This document shows, in pieces, positions 63,009 through 64,000 of a DNA stretch of 64,000 nt (within the stretch, counting starts at the first letter, position 1; the number at the start of each line of letters is the position of its first letter). The notes under the pieces were generated by a model that did not search any database, was not told the DNA's origin, and saw only the letters and a program-made list of their open reading frames with translations. The stretch lies in assembly GCA_012797775.1 (NCBI GenBank), contig JAAZOM010000029.1:3722-67721 (forward strand), in the 5' to 3' direction. Source of the stretch: Candidatus Kuenenbacteria bacterium. GTDB lineage: Bacteria; Patescibacteriota; Patescibacteriia; UBA2196; GWA2-42-15. The translations under genes and the position numbers were made by a program.

Positions 63009-64000
63009 TTATATCCTGTTAATTTCTTTGTAAACTTCAATAATCGGCTCTGGAATATCTTCGACTCTGATATTCGCGGACGAATACTCGCCTTTGTATT
63101 CGTTTTTACCCCAGCTGAAAATATATAAAGCCGTCGGTAAATTTTTCTTTTCCAATTTGGCTATTAACTCGCCGAGCTTTGTCTTGTCTTCCTTAAAATA
63201 AATTGCGGTTAATTTTCCATTACCTTCAAAAATTTGCCACCAATCATTTTTCTCAATTTCATTGAGCGTATCTTCTCGCACCCCGATCATTTCGCCTGCT
63301 TCGTAGGTTATGCGGATTTTCGCTTCGTCCGGCACTTTGTGGATTTGCTCAATGTCCACGAGGTCGGTTTGGTAATAAAAAAGATTACTTGGAATACCAG
63401 CGACTCTCTCATTTTTTTTGTTCTTGTAGCCGTTAATAACTGCCTTAATACGCGGATAGCAAACTGATTCAGCAATTCCGCCGTTTCCACCGTTGTTGTT
63501 TTCGTTGTTGGTGCAAAGAATAAATTTACGATTGCCACCGTCAATCTTGTTCATTTCTAAAACAGCGTGTCCAGTTGTCCCAGATCCAGCGAAAAAATCC
63601 AAAACATTTGCATTTGGACGCGATCCTACAACGGCAAAGAGACAATCGTAAACAGTATAGAGTGACTTAGGAAAGTCAAAATCACACTTTGGTAATATCT
63701 CACGCAAAAGTTTTGTTCCGTATTCACTTGCGTCGTATTTTTTGTCAGTCCAAACAGTTTTATAAGTGCCGTAATCTTTCGCAATCATTATTTGAACAAT
63801 GCCACCGCGTGATTCTTTAATTTGGAGGATGTCTTTTATTTCTTCAACGCTTTGTCGTGCGTATCGCCATTTTCGCTCGACACCTTTTTCGTCAATCGGC
63901 CAAATATAAATACTACCGTCTTTTTGTTTTTCGTTTGCCGATTTTGGATGAAATTCGTTTGACGCAACATCACCAAAACCAATAATCTTTCCACCTTTTA
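63009..64000 (-). CDS. mod: Type III DNA methyltransferase subunit (5' end outside window)
   Basis: FPK, DFFAGSGTT; frame stays open from 63788 to the window edge (WPIDEKGVERKWRY). Confidence 0.9.
   Translation of the reverse strand, partial: KGGKIIGFGDVASNEFHPKSANEKQKDGSIYIWPIDEKGVERKWRYARQSVEEIKDILQIKESRGGIVQIMIAKDYGTYKTVWTDKKYDASEYGTKLLREILPKCDFDFPKSLYTVYDCLFAVVGSRPNANVLDFFAGSGTTGHAVLEMNKIDGGNRKFILCTNNENNNGGNGGIAESVCYPRIKAVINGYKNKKNERVAGIPSNLFYYQTDLVDIEQIHKVPDEAKIRITYEAGEMIGVREDTLNEIEKNDWWQIFEGNGKLTAIYFKEDKTKLGELIAKLEKKNLPTALYIFSWGKNEYKGEYSSANIRVEDIPEPIIEVYKEINRI

Overview
AT-rich bacterial chromosome segment read in standard code 11 (TGA is used as a stop). Gene content and style suggest a Patescibacteria/CPR (Parcubacteria-like) genome; this is an inference. 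Positions 1-56.2 kb are mostly housekeeping: tsaD, infB-rbfA-DHH-clpP-rpmF-nusB-rnc, nfo, tig, CCA enzyme, gmk, 2-oxoacid:ferredoxin oxidoreductase, folD, glyA, Elp3, polA, HU, pilT, rpoB-rpoC and 11 tRNAs. From about 56.7 kb to the end is an accessory island. It holds two covarying attC-like hairpin sites around an inverted-repeat-bounded three-gene cassette (including an EreA/ChaN-fold protein), followed by a type III R-M operon carrying a Schlafen/AlbA_2 gene. Other notable signals are a dispersed family of 7/8-nt tandem repeats and GC-rich palindromes inserted in-frame in core genes, an intact tRNA-His nested inside fragments of a second tRNA-His, a tRNA-Ile(UAU), a translin/Trax-like gene, an unannotated 24-aa lysine-rich peptide and a candidate ~400-nt structured RNA. 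All calls come from reading the sequence by eye; no searches were run.
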